Source: an uncultured Planctomycetaceae bacterium
GTDB taxonomy: Bacteria; Planctomycetota; Planctomycetia; Pirellulales; PALSA-1355
NCBI GenBank assembly: GCA_963785305.1
Contig: CAWAUV010000007.1
Coordinates: 832,001-896,000 of the forward strand
Reading direction: 5' to 3'
Length of the DNA stretch: 64,000 nucleotides
Shown here one piece after another: positions 43,975 to 54,098 of the stretch. The translations under genes were made by a program, and so were the position numbers. Within the stretch, counting starts at the first letter, position 1. Each line of letters opens with the position of its first letter. The notes beneath the pieces were generated by a model, which was not told where the DNA came from, made no database searches, and saw only the letters and a list, made by a program, of their open reading frames with translations.

Positions 43975-45834
43975 TCAACACCCTTCCAGTTCCTCTTGCA
44001 ATCGCAGCCAGCGGTCCTCGGCGGCCGCGAGTTCGATGCCCATCGCTTGCACCTCGTTGTGCAGTCGCATCGCGTCGTCGGGCACGGTGGCCACTTGCAG
44101 TCGATCGTTGCGCTCGCGCTTCTCTTGATCGAGTCGGGCGATCGTTTTTTCGATGGTGTTCATCTCCTTGCGAATCTCTTTTTCGCTCCGCCGCGCTGGC
44201 GCTTTGCCGCCGCCCTTCGCGCCCGATCCGCCGCCGCTCGATCCGCCGCCGCCGGGGCCACCCAACGCGCCCTTGCCGCCGGCGCTCGACACGCGTGGCA
44301 CACTGCCGGCCTTGGCCGACGAGATGCGCTGCTGCTCGCGCTCGCCGTCGTCGATCTCCTTGTTCACCGAGTAGAGATACGCTTCATAGTCGCCGCGATA
44401 GTTCACCACCCGGCTGTCCTTCACCTCGATAATGCAGGTGGCCACACGTTTCATGAAGTGCCGGTCGTGGCTCGTGAAGACCACCGTGCCCTTGTACTCG
44501 AGCAGCGCCTCGGCCAGCGCCTCCACGGTGTCGACATCCAAGTGGTTGCCCGGCTCGTCGAGAATCAAAATGTTGTATTGGCTCAAGAGCAATCCGGCCA
44601 TGCACAGCCGGGCCCGCTCGCCGCCGGAGAGCACCGAGATCGACTTTTTCACCGCCTCGCCGCGAAAAAGCATCGCGCCGGCGAGGTCGAGCAGCGCTTG
44701 GTTCTTCGTGCCGGGCGCGGCATTGTATTCGAGATAGTCGAGCACCGTTTGCTTCTCGGGCAAGCTGGTATAGACATGCTGGGCATACACTCCGATCTGG
44801 CAACCGTAGCCCCAGCGGGCGTCGCCCGTCAGCGGCGGGAGCGAATCGACGATCGTGCGGAGAAACGTGGTTTTGCCCTGGCCGTTGTCGCCCACGATCG
44901 CGGCCCGCGAGCCATGTTCGATTTCGAGTTCGATGCCGCTGGCGACCACGCGATTCGGATAGCCGATCGACAGGTTGCGGCAGCGGAGGCAGGGCCCCTT
45001 GCGCGGCTCGACCACGGGGGCGTGGATGTTGGCCGTGGGCTCGTCGCCGGCCACGTCCTTGAGTTGCAACTTTTCGAGTTGCTTGCTCTTGCTCTTGGCG
45101 CGGGTGGCGGTGCTGGCGCGGGCTTTGTTCTTGTCGATGAATTCTTGAAGCTGCCGCTGCTTGGCGGCGATCGCTTGATTGGCCCGCTCGTCGTGTTCGC
45201 GGAGTCCTTTTTGATATTCGAGAAAGGCGTCGATCTTGCCGGGAAACATGGTGAGCTTGCCGCGCGAGAGATCGAGCGTGTGCGTGCAGGTGGCGCCGAG
45301 GAAGGCTCGATCGTGCGACACGATCAAACATGCTTCCTTGAAGTTGCGCAAGAAATGCTCGAGCAGAATCTGGGTGCGCAGGTCGAGAAAGTTGGTCGGT
45401 TCGTCGAGCAGCAGCAAATTGGGCTCATGCAGCAAGAGGGCCGCCAGTTTGACGCGAGTTTGCCAGCCGCCCGAGAGTTTGCCGACCGGGCCTTCGAGAT
45501 ACTCATTCTTGAGCTCGAACTGGCCGGCGACCTCGCCGCATTTCCAGTCGGGCTGGCCGCTATCGCGCATCAGGAAGTCGAGCGAGGTTTCGCCGGGCAG
45601 GAAGGGATCGTGTTGCCGCAGATAGCCGAGCCGCAGCCGGGGATGCTTGACGATCTCGCCCTTGTCGAGCGCTTCGTCGCCCAGGAGCACGCGGAGCAAT
45701 GTGCTTTTGCCGGCGCCGTTGCGTCCGACGAAGCCGACCTTCACATTGTCGACCAGCGTGGCCTCGGCCCCGTCGAGCAGGATTTGGTGGCCGTAGCTTT
45801 TGTGAGCGTTTTGAATTTGCAGCAACATCGCCAT
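43975..45834 (-). CDS. ABC-F family ATPase
   Basis: Two ABC cassettes (GRNGAGKST/LSGGW/LDEPTN; GDNGQGKTT/LSGGE/LDEPGN), no TM segments, C-terminal coiled coil. Confidence 0.93.
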   Translation of the reverse strand: MAMLLQIQNAHKSYGHQILLDGAEATLVDNVKVGFVGRNGAGKSTLLRVLLGDEALDKGEIVKHPRLRLGYLRQHDPFLPGETSLDFLMRDSGQPDWKCGEVAGQFELKNEYLEGPVGKLSGGWQTRVKLAALLLHEPNLLLLDEPTNFLDLRTQILLEHFLRNFKEACLIVSHDRAFLGATCTHTLDLSRGKLTMFPGKIDAFLEYQKGLREHDERANQAIAAKQRQLQEFIDKNKARASTATRAKSKSKQLEKLQLKDVAGDEPTANIHAPVVEPRKGPCLRCRNLSIGYPNRVVASGIELEIEHGSRAAIVGDNGQGKTTFLRTIVDSLPPLTGDARWGYGCQIGVYAQHVYTSLPEKQTVLDYLEYNAAPGTKNQALLDLAGAMLFRGEAVKKSISVLSGGERARLCMAGLLLSQYNILILDEPGNHLDVDTVEALAEALLEYKGTVVFTSHDRHFMKRVATCIIEVKDSRVVNYRGDYEAYLYSVNKEIDDGEREQQRISSAKAGSVPRVSSAGGKGALGGPGGGGSSGGGSGAKGGGKAPARRSEKEIRKEMNTIEKTIARLDQEKRERNDRLQVATVPDDAMRLHNEVQAMGIELAAAEDRWLRLQEELEGC

Positions 45835-46245
45835 CGCTAAGCGTCTCCCTGAAACCGAGTGCCCTTAAAAAAAGGGGGCGGGCCGCCCCTTGAGCCACGC
45901 GAGCGGGCGCGGCGCTCATGAGTCGCGAACCGGCTCGCGACGCAAAACAGGGCCCGACCCCGCGCGGCCGGTCGGGCTTGCTCGCCGGGCACGGTTGAGC
46001 CCACCTCATGTTCCGAGCCCCAACCGCGTGGTTGAGCGCCCATCGGGGGGCAAACGGCGAATTTTCCTTTTCGAGGTATGTTAGGCGGCTGGAAAAGGCG
46101 CGTAAAGGCGGCTTGACAAAATGCGACGCCACCGCCGAACCACGGGGGGTCGCGACAGCGCCGGCCGCCGCGTGTTATCATTGTTTTTCGCTTCTTTTTT
46201 AGATCCGCGTCTTCGGCGGTTCGTCTCCCCGAGAGTTTCACCATC

Positions 46246-47268
46246 ATGTCATTGATTTCGCGCGGCGGTTCCCTGGCTCCCCGGTTGCTTCTTCTGGCTC
46301 TCGCGCTCGTCGCCGGCGGCTGCCGCGGCGGCGACTCGGCAAGCGACAAGTCGAAAACGCCCGGCAAGCTTACCTTGGCCGTGATCCCCAAGGGTTCGAC
46401 GCACATTTTCTGGAAGTCGGTCGAAGCCGGCGCTCGCAAGGCCGCCGATGAGCTGGGAGTCGACATCGCCTGGAAATCGTCGCTCAAGGAAAACGATCGG
46501 GCCACTCAGATCGCGATCGTCGAACAATTCACCTCCGACGGGGTCGATGGCATCGTGCTCGCCCCGCTCGACGACATCGCGCTCCGCCGGCCGGTCGACG
46601 CCGCGATGCGCAAGAAAATTCCGGTGCTGATCTTCGATTCGGCGCTGCATGGCGCCGCCGGCATGGATTTCGTCGGCTATGTGGGCACCGACAACCGCGC
46701 GAGCGGTCAACTGGCCGGCGAGGAAATGGTTCGGCTGCTCTCCGGCAAGGGCAAGGTCATCGTGCTGCGATACATGGAAGGGTCGAATAGCACCATGGAG
46801 CGCGAAGACGGTTTCTTGGAAACGATCAAGAAACATCCCGAAATGGAAATCGCGCTTTCCAATCGCTTCGCCGGAGGCACGATGGGCGAAGCCAAGGAAG
46901 CGGCGCTCAATATCATCGACCAACTCCGCGAGGTCGACGGCGTGTTCTGCTCCTGCGAGCCGGTCACCTTCGGCATGATGCTCGCGCTCAAGCAAAACGG
47001 TCTCACGCCCAAGGTGAAGATCATCGGCTTCGACACCGCCGATAAACTAATCGAGGGCCTCCAGAGCGGCGACATCGCGGCGCTCGTCGCCCAGAATCCG
47101 ACCCAGATGGGTTACTTGTCCGTGAAGAACCTTGTCGAGTACATCCACGGCAAGTCGATCCCCGAATCGATCGATAGCGGCGCAATGCTGATCACGCGCG
47201 AAAACCTCGACCACGACGATGTTCGGAAGTTCCTGGGCAAAGCGCCCGACGCCCATGCGGATAAATAA
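46246..47268 (+). CDS. Periplasmic sugar-binding protein (RbsB-like lipoprotein)
   Basis: VAGGC lipobox, VIPKGSTHIFW, VGTDN, IIGFD, VAQNP. Confidence 0.9.
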   Translation: MSLISRGGSLAPRLLLLALALVAGGCRGGDSASDKSKTPGKLTLAVIPKGSTHIFWKSVEAGARKAADELGVDIAWKSSLKENDRATQIAIVEQFTSDGVDGIVLAPLDDIALRRPVDAAMRKKIPVLIFDSALHGAAGMDFVGYVGTDNRASGQLAGEEMVRLLSGKGKVIVLRYMEGSNSTMEREDGFLETIKKHPEMEIALSNRFAGGTMGEAKEAALNIIDQLREVDGVFCSCEPVTFGMMLALKQNGLTPKVKIIGFDTADKLIEGLQSGDIAALVAQNPTQMGYLSVKNLVEYIHGKSIPESIDSGAMLITRENLDHDDVRKFLGKAPDAHADK

Positions 47269-47355
47269 CAGGCGCCGGCGGGAACGTTCGCGACCGATTT
47301 TCTCCGCGCTTCCGCCGCGCCAGTGAAGCCGGATCTTCTCAGGCCGCTTCGACTC

Positions 47356-48024
47356 TCAGCCCGTGACCGTGTCGATGATCAACTTCGTCGATCCGTCGGG
47401 CTGCGGCCGCAGGTGGTCGAAGGCGAATTGGAATCGCACCGCGGGGAATTTGGCGGCGATTCCGCGCACCAGCGTGTCCCACCACTCGGTGGAGCGAATC
47501 GTGCAATGCGCGTTTTCGCCCGTCGGCAGATGCTTGATCGCCGGATAGCAGGCCACGTTGGCATACACGAACTTGCGGGCGTAGCCGAACATCTCGGTCA
47601 CGATCCATTCGACGTCGTCTTCCGGGCAATGCTCGAGCACGTCGGTCGAGACCACGCCATCGAACGGCCCCAGCGGCAGCCGGCGAAACGGCTCGTAGGC
47701 CGGATCGTAGCAGGTGACCGATGTCACGCCCCAGTAGGCCGGTATCGAGGGAAACCACCCGCCGCCCTCGACCTGGATGCGCACATTTTTATACTGCATT
47801 CCCTTGCCGGCCCCATAGTCAAGAATCGATTTCGCCCCATGCCGATCGATCAGCTCCTTGATCGGCCGCGCATGGCGCGGCATGCTGTCGCCCGGATATA
47901 ATTGTTCGGGCGGGGTGTTTCGCTGGCGATCACCTTCGACATGCATGCGGCTGTAGAGTGCTAGCAGCTCGCGATAGCGTGGGCTGGGGCTTTGGCGCGA
48001 ATAGCTGGGCAAACAAGTGCTCAC
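47356..48024 (-). CDS. Class I SAM-dependent methyltransferase-like protein
   Basis: SILDYGAGKG, CYDPA, FDGVVSTDVLEH; start uncertain. Confidence 0.8.
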   Translation of the reverse strand: MSTCLPSYSRQSPSPRYRELLALYSRMHVEGDRQRNTPPEQLYPGDSMPRHARPIKELIDRHGAKSILDYGAGKGMQYKNVRIQVEGGGWFPSIPAYWGVTSVTCYDPAYEPFRRLPLGPFDGVVSTDVLEHCPEDDVEWIVTEMFGYARKFVYANVACYPAIKHLPTGENAHCTIRSTEWWDTLVRGIAAKFPAVRFQFAFDHLRPQPDGSTKLIIDTVTG

Positions 48025-48251
48025 GGCGACGATCTCCGCATTGAGAACAGGGCGAATGTTCGTGGACGGGATAGCAACCCGCGGCGCCGGCCGGCGCACC
48101 ACGGAGCAGCTACCCCATTCATCGGGCGCCGCGGCGCCCCGGCGTGAGCAAAGCGCCCGCCGCGAGGCGCGGAAATCGATTCCGATATAACGAAAACAAA
48201 ATATTTGCCCTCGTTCGCGATCGCGGTACGATAACGGGGAATTCATCAAAA

Positions 48252-48330
48252 AGAGCCTGTCTGGCAGGACGCGCCTCTTGCTTTGGGAGATGGTGGGGTG
48301 AGAGCTCACCGAAGTTCTCGGACAGGATGT
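48252..48330 (-). repeat. MITE-like repeat, copy 3 (diverged)
   Basis: AGAGCCTGTC..GGGAGATGGTGGGGTGAG..GAAGTTCTCGGACAGG. Confidence 0.6.
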
Positions 48331-49883
48331 AAAGCGTGGTGGTTCCATTTTTTGGAGGGCCAGCCGTGCGATTCTTTGAATCTCTTCGAGATTATCGGCC
48401 GCCGCGAAAGCCGGCTTGCGGTTGCTCCGTTGGCCGCTTGGCGGTTGCGGCGCTGACTTGCGCCTTCTTTTCGGCCTTCGCGGCGAGCGCCATGGCGGCG
48501 CCGCCCGAGGAAGGCTCGCCGAAGGTCGAGCCGGCGAAGCCGGGCGAGAAATCGGAAATCCGCTCGGTAATCGACGACCACGACGTGGCCCATCTGGCCG
48601 ACGGCCAAACCCTGCAACTCGAACACTGGGGCGAAACCTATGAAGGCTATGAGGACCAACCGGCGATCCGTGGCGACGAAGCGCAGTTGATCGCGAACGT
48701 CGGCGGCATCGCAACGTCCATCGCCCTCGACCTCACGCACAAGAAAATCTATTGGGCGAATTACGCCGAAAAGCCCGGCGACAGTTCGATTTGGAGGGCC
48801 AACTTGGACGGAAGTCGCAAGGAGATATTGATCGATGGTTTGACGCAACCGAATGCGATCGCGCTCGATGTTCTAAATGGCAAATTGTACTGGTCGCATT
48901 CGCCGCCGGCGGGCGGCCGGTCGATTTATCGCTCGGACCTTGATGGACGGTCGCGTGACGAAATCATCGATGACAACCGCAGTGCCGTAGCCTGCATAAC
49001 GATCGTAAATCCATCGAAACGACTCTATTGGACAAGCGACGGGAAAATATTTGAAAGCGAACTGGATGGATCTGACCAGCGTCCCCTGGCCCTGCGGGTT
49101 GCGCCCTCCAAGCGAATTGGCGATGGAGAGGTGCATCCCTTGGCGATTGCGTTTTCTCGCGAAACGGGATGTCTTTTTTTCTCGAATGCCCGTCCGAACG
49201 CGATATATTCGGCAAGCGGCGACGAGCAGCCGACGCAAGTGGCGGCAAAAATTATCTCACACCCGGCCCAAGGAGTTGCTAACGGGTTATTCGTGGACGA
49301 TTCGACGGCGAAGATATATTTTGCTGATCGCGAATACAAAAAATTGTGTCGGGCGAACTTTGACGGCACGCAAATAGAAGATGTCGTGGTTGGTTTGATT
49401 CAACCGTTTGACGTCAAGCTCGACGTGGATGGAAAGATGATTTATTGGGGCGACACTCGGAATTTGAAGCGGTGCAAACTCCCACGGGTCCGAGAAAAGA
49501 TTTCGATGCGGACGCCCCCGTTCGTCGAGCGTATTTCGCCGGCTTCCGCGTCGGTTGACGATGTGATTACGATCGAGGGAAAGAACTTGGCCGAGACGGT
49601 TGATGTACAATTCATCGAAACTTCCAAGGGAGAAAGCGCAATCGCTCGCTTCAGCGCACGGCGACACGGAGCTTTGGGTCACAGTGCCTTCGACGATGGC
49701 TGGAAGGCACGCCGCGATTCTAGTTCGTAGCAAGACGGGCGTAACAGTGACGCTTTCGCGGGACATTCTTCTTTTGACGGAACAGGCTCGCGTTTATGGT
49801 ATGGGCAACAGCCAAGAAGTGCGTCCCGTGATCTCGGGTATCGCCGTGGCCGATGTTTTCGGCGAGTGCGTCCACGTGCCTAG

Positions 49884-51797
49884 GCCTTAAACCAGTATCC
49901 CTTTGAGGCGTGGGCGGGGAGATTTTTGGAAAAAAGCGAAATCCCTCGGCGGATTTGCGGTATTCTGTGTTTTTTGCCAGTCACGAACACCACGGCCACC
50001 GAGGGATTTCGAGTGAAAGCCAAGAACCAAAGAGCGCGGGCCAAGCGTCAGAGGGCGCAGGCCAAGGGCCGAAGAACACGGGCCAAGATACGCCGACGTC
50101 TCGCCGCATGCAAGCGGCGGGTCGAGCGGCGCATCGACAAGCACAACTGCGAGGGTTGCGAGCGCCCGATCATGCGGCCCGGCAATATCAAGTATGAGCT
50201 TGCGGAGCGCACGCAAGGCATGGCTTATGGCGGCTTGGGCGCGATGCGGTTGCTGGTCCAAGAACTGGGGCTGGCCGAAGCGATCGATCGGCGATTGCAT
50301 CTGCTCAAGGTGCATCTGCCATATCATGAGAGCGATCATGTGCTCAACCTAGCGTTCAACGCCTTGTGCGACGGCGATTGCTTGGAAGACCTCGAACTGC
50401 GCCGCAACGACGAAGTCTATCTCGACGCGCTCGGCGCCCGGCGCATGCCCGATCCGACCACGGCGGGCGACTTCTGCCGACGTTTCAAGCCGAGCGACGT
50501 GCGCGCGCTGCAAGAAGCTTTCCACGAAACACGACATAAAGCTTGGGCTCGCCAGCCCGCCGAGTTCTTCGCCCAAGCCCGCATCGACATGGACGGCGTG
50601 TTCGCGCCCACCGGCGGCCAGTGCAAGGAGGGCATGGACATCTCCCACAAGGGCGAATGGGGCTATCATCCGCTGGTCGTGTCGCTGGCCAACACGGGCG
50701 AAGTGTTCTCGATCGTCAACCGCTCGGGCAACCGGCCCAGCCACGAAGGGGCGGCGGCCGAAGTCGATCGCGCGCTGGAAGTCTGCTTCGCCGGCGGCTT
50801 TCGCAAGGTGTTGCTCCGCGGCGACACCGACTTCTCGCAGACGACGCATCTGGACCGCTGGACGGACGACCCGCGCGTGCGATTCGTGTTCGGCATGGAC
50901 GCCAAGCTGAAATTGCAGCTTTTGGCCGACGACTTGAAGGACAAGTCCTGGCAACCGCTCGAGCGCGCGCCGCGTTATGCCGTGAAGACGAAGCACCGCG
51001 CGCGGCCGACCAATGTTAAGGAAGGCATCGTGCGCGAGCGGGAATTCAAGAACCTGCGGCTGGTGGGCGAAGAGGTCGCCGAGTTTGATTATCGACCCAC
51101 GGCGTGCAAGAAGGTGTATCGCCTGGTGGTGGTGCGCAAGTGGATCGACGAGCACCAAGGTCAGCGGACGCTGTTTTCCAGCTATCGCTACTTCTTCTAC
51201 TTGACGAACGATCGCGAGCTCACGCCGGCCGAAGTGGTGTTCGAGGCGAACGACCGCTGCGATCAAGAGAACCTGAACGCGCAGCTTAAAGGCGCGGTGC
51301 GCGCCTTGCACGCGCCGGTCGACAACTTGGTGAGCAACTGGGCCTACATGGTGATGGTCTCGCTGGCCTGGAACCTGAAGGCGTGGTGGGCCTTGCTCTT
51401 GCCCGAGCCGCCGGGCCGCGAACAAGAAGCGCGGCGCGAGGAAAAGAAGACGGTGCTCAAGATGGAGTTCAAGACATTCCGCAACGCTTTCATTCGGATG
51501 CCATGTCAAATCGTGCGTGGCGGGCGAAGATTGATCTATCGTTTGTTGGGTTGGAATCGCTGGCAAGTCGTGTTGTTTCGCTGGCTGGACGGCCTGCGAT
51601 GTTGACGCCGATCAATTGAAGCCGGAGTCCGGACGCTCCGGTCCGCCGCCACGCCGAACCAGGAAAGCCAACCGCCAATGCCAAACAAAAACCCGCCGCC
51701 GAGAGTAGCGCGCCGCCGGCGCCGCCCGCTCACGCCGCGCGCACCGCCGGCCACGCGAAACCGCCGCAAAACGCAACCGCGTACGCTTGTTTAAGGC
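49884..51797 (+). mobile_element. IS1380-family element, copy 2
   Basis: IR GCCTTAAAC..GTTTAAGGC; CTAG TSD at 49880-49883 and 51798-51801. Confidence 0.95.
49926..51605 (+). CDS. IS1380-family DDE transposase
   Basis: Differs from copy 1 at three residues I noticed (A/T, V/M, A/S). Confidence 0.92.
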   Translation: MEKSEIPRRICGILCFLPVTNTTATEGFRVKAKNQRARAKRQRAQAKGRRTRAKIRRRLAACKRRVERRIDKHNCEGCERPIMRPGNIKYELAERTQGMAYGGLGAMRLLVQELGLAEAIDRRLHLLKVHLPYHESDHVLNLAFNALCDGDCLEDLELRRNDEVYLDALGARRMPDPTTAGDFCRRFKPSDVRALQEAFHETRHKAWARQPAEFFAQARIDMDGVFAPTGGQCKEGMDISHKGEWGYHPLVVSLANTGEVFSIVNRSGNRPSHEGAAAEVDRALEVCFAGGFRKVLLRGDTDFSQTTHLDRWTDDPRVRFVFGMDAKLKLQLLADDLKDKSWQPLERAPRYAVKTKHRARPTNVKEGIVREREFKNLRLVGEEVAEFDYRPTACKKVYRLVVVRKWIDEHQGQRTLFSSYRYFFYLTNDRELTPAEVVFEANDRCDQENLNAQLKGAVRALHAPVDNLVSNWAYMVMVSLAWNLKAWWALLLPEPPGREQEARREEKKTVLKMEFKTFRNAFIRMPCQIVRGGRRLIYRLLGWNRWQVVLFRWLDGLRC

Positions 51798-52203
51798 CTA
51801 GGGGCGACCCGCGATTTTGCGTTGTCGCGGCCGGCTCCGCTCAGATATCCGAAATCGGGCACAAGGTCGCCGTGGCCACGAACGGCGGCTTCATTTATTC
51901 CGGGGCGCCGGGCAACAACACATTCTTCGTCAAAAACGGGGGGGTCGGGCTACCGACCTCACCAAATCCGAGTACGATTTATTACGAGCCGTGGGGAGTT
52001 GTACAAAACAAATTCTTATGGCACCCACAAGCAAGGATCGGTCACGTCTTTACTCCAGTCCCCGCGATCCGCTTGAGTGTGATTGAGAAACTTTTTGAAA
52101 TCACGAAACGATAATCACCGTTCGATCGCGCGGCAGATGCAATTTTTCCGAATCGGCGGTATAATGCCGCGTCTGCGGTACATAATATAATAGGACAGAA
52201 GTT

Positions 52204-54059
52204 ATGGGTTGCTATACAATCGCACCGTGCCAAGGGATAGAGAACGGACTTCAAATTTCCGCTCCCGCGACGGGGCCAGGTGGTGCTGCTCTTAACAATA
52301 ACTTCTTAACGTTGAATTACCGGCAGCCAAAGTGTAATTACGGCGCACTCGAGGACCCGAATAATCTCGCCGACAGCAGCCAGGGTTATTGCGTCGGTTC
52401 CCGCTGGCTGAACACGAGATCAGGCAGGATGTGGATGTGCGTTGACGCGAGCGTTGGGGCGGCGTACTGGGTACCCTGGTTCCGGTGGAATCCAGTGGCC
52501 GCGCCGGTGGTCACGCCATCGTCGTCGCCACCGGCGCAGCCGAATTTCGGCGGCGTGGCTCAGAATCAACTCAACGTGGCGATTAGCGTTGGTGTCGACG
52601 GCGAGGTGCGTCGCATCAGCGTGAACGGATTCACCGAAGGGCCGGTCATCCTCACGCCGCTGGGATCGGGCCAGAAATCGGCGATTCAAATGGGTCCCGA
52701 GGCGGCGCCGTACAACAGCGCCAATCGCGGAATGTTCGCTGTCGACCTGCAAAACGGGCGCACAGCGCCGACGCAAGTCGCCTCGGGCATGCGCTCGGCG
52801 ATCGTCGGCGGAATCAACAACACCGCCAGCGGCGCTTATTCGCATGTGGCCGCGGGGCAAGATAACACCGCCAGCGGCGGCGGGTCGCACGCCGAGGGCT
52901 ATTCCACCACCGCCAGCGGCGCGGTGCGCATGCCGAGGGGTACGCCAAAGCCGAGGGCGCCGCGATCTATGCGCGCGGCATCGGCGCGCATGCCGAAGGA
53001 TTTGCCGAGGAGGGGCAAACGGTCGTCGCTCGCGCCAACGGGTCGCACGCCGAAGGCGTGGCGACCGAGGCCAACGCCGAGGCCGCGCATTCCGAGGGAA
53101 AATACGCTTATGCCAATGGCGAGTCGTCGCACGCCCAGGGCTATTTCACGCATGCCCAGGGCGAAGCCAGCCACGCCGAAGGCTCCTATACCTACGCCAT
53201 CGGCGAAGCCAGCCACGCCCAGGGTTCCAAAACCAAGGCCACGATGGAAGCGGCGCACGCCGAGGGTGAAAGCACCTACGCCAAGGGCAAGGCGTCGCAC
53301 GCCGAAGGCTCGTATACCTACACCTACAACGAAGCCAGCCACGCCGAAGGCTCCAACACGAAGGCGATCGCCGAGGCCGCGCATGCCGAAGGCAAGTATA
53401 CATTGGCCAGCGGCGAGGCCGCTCATGCCGAAGGCGCCAACACGCAGGCCACCGGCGAGGACGCGCACGCTGAAGGCAAGTATTCGATCGCCAGTGGCGA
53501 GGCGGCCCACGCCGAGGGTAGCAATTGCCAAGCCACGAATGAAAACGCGCACGCCGAGGGGAACACCACGACCGCCTCGGGCGAGTCGTCGCACTCCGAA
53601 GGGACGGGCACCCTTGCTTACGGCGATTCCGCGCATGCCGAAGGCAAGGCGACCTACGCCAAGGATGACGGTGCGCATAGCGAAGGCGGAAAAACCCAAG
53701 CCATCGAAAAATATTCGCACGCCGAAGGCTATTCGACCACCGCGGGCGAGTTCGCCGCGCATGCCGAGGGCCAATACACCTGGGCCAACGAAAAAGGCGC
53801 GCATGCCGAAGGCTATGCCGGCGTCTTCAACAACGATCCCTCGAAAGGCATCATCGCCAGCGGCCCCGGCGCCCACGCCGAAGGATATCAAGGCGGAAAA
53901 TACGCGCTGCTTTCCGCCACCGCCGAAGGCGCGCACGCCGAAGGATTCGTCACCGACACCGACAAGACAATCGCCAGCGGCGAAGGAGTTGAAGGCGCTG
54001 AAGAAAACGAAATGTTTGCAATTCGTCGCGATCGCGATATGATGGTGGGGCATATCTAA
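52204..54059 (+). CDS. SHAEG-repeat beta-roll fibre/adhesin-like protein, copy A (frameshift ~52922; lacks C-terminal domain)
   Basis: N-terminal GYCVGSRWLN..W.CVD..GAAYW; 14-aa A.G.A(S/A)HAEG repeats. Confidence 0.78.
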
Positions 54060-54098
54060 AAAAAGCCGTGGTGGTTCCGATGAAAAGGAGTCCCAACC

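Larger units (their letters stand above)
48366..52114 (+). pseudogene. Secreted YWTD (LDLR class B-like) propeller + IPT/TIG protein, copy A, interrupted by IS1380
   Basis: KIYWAN, IWRANLDG, LYWS, IYFAD repeats; removing the IS restores PRGDPR as in paralog B; C-terminus YYEPW..PVPAIRLSV. Confidence 0.82.

Noticed and set aside
40802..51797. Composite transposon that delivered ABC-F as a resistance cargo
   Set aside because: Each IS has its own CTAG duplication and its own restorable target gene. Nothing marks this ABC-F as a resistance subtype.
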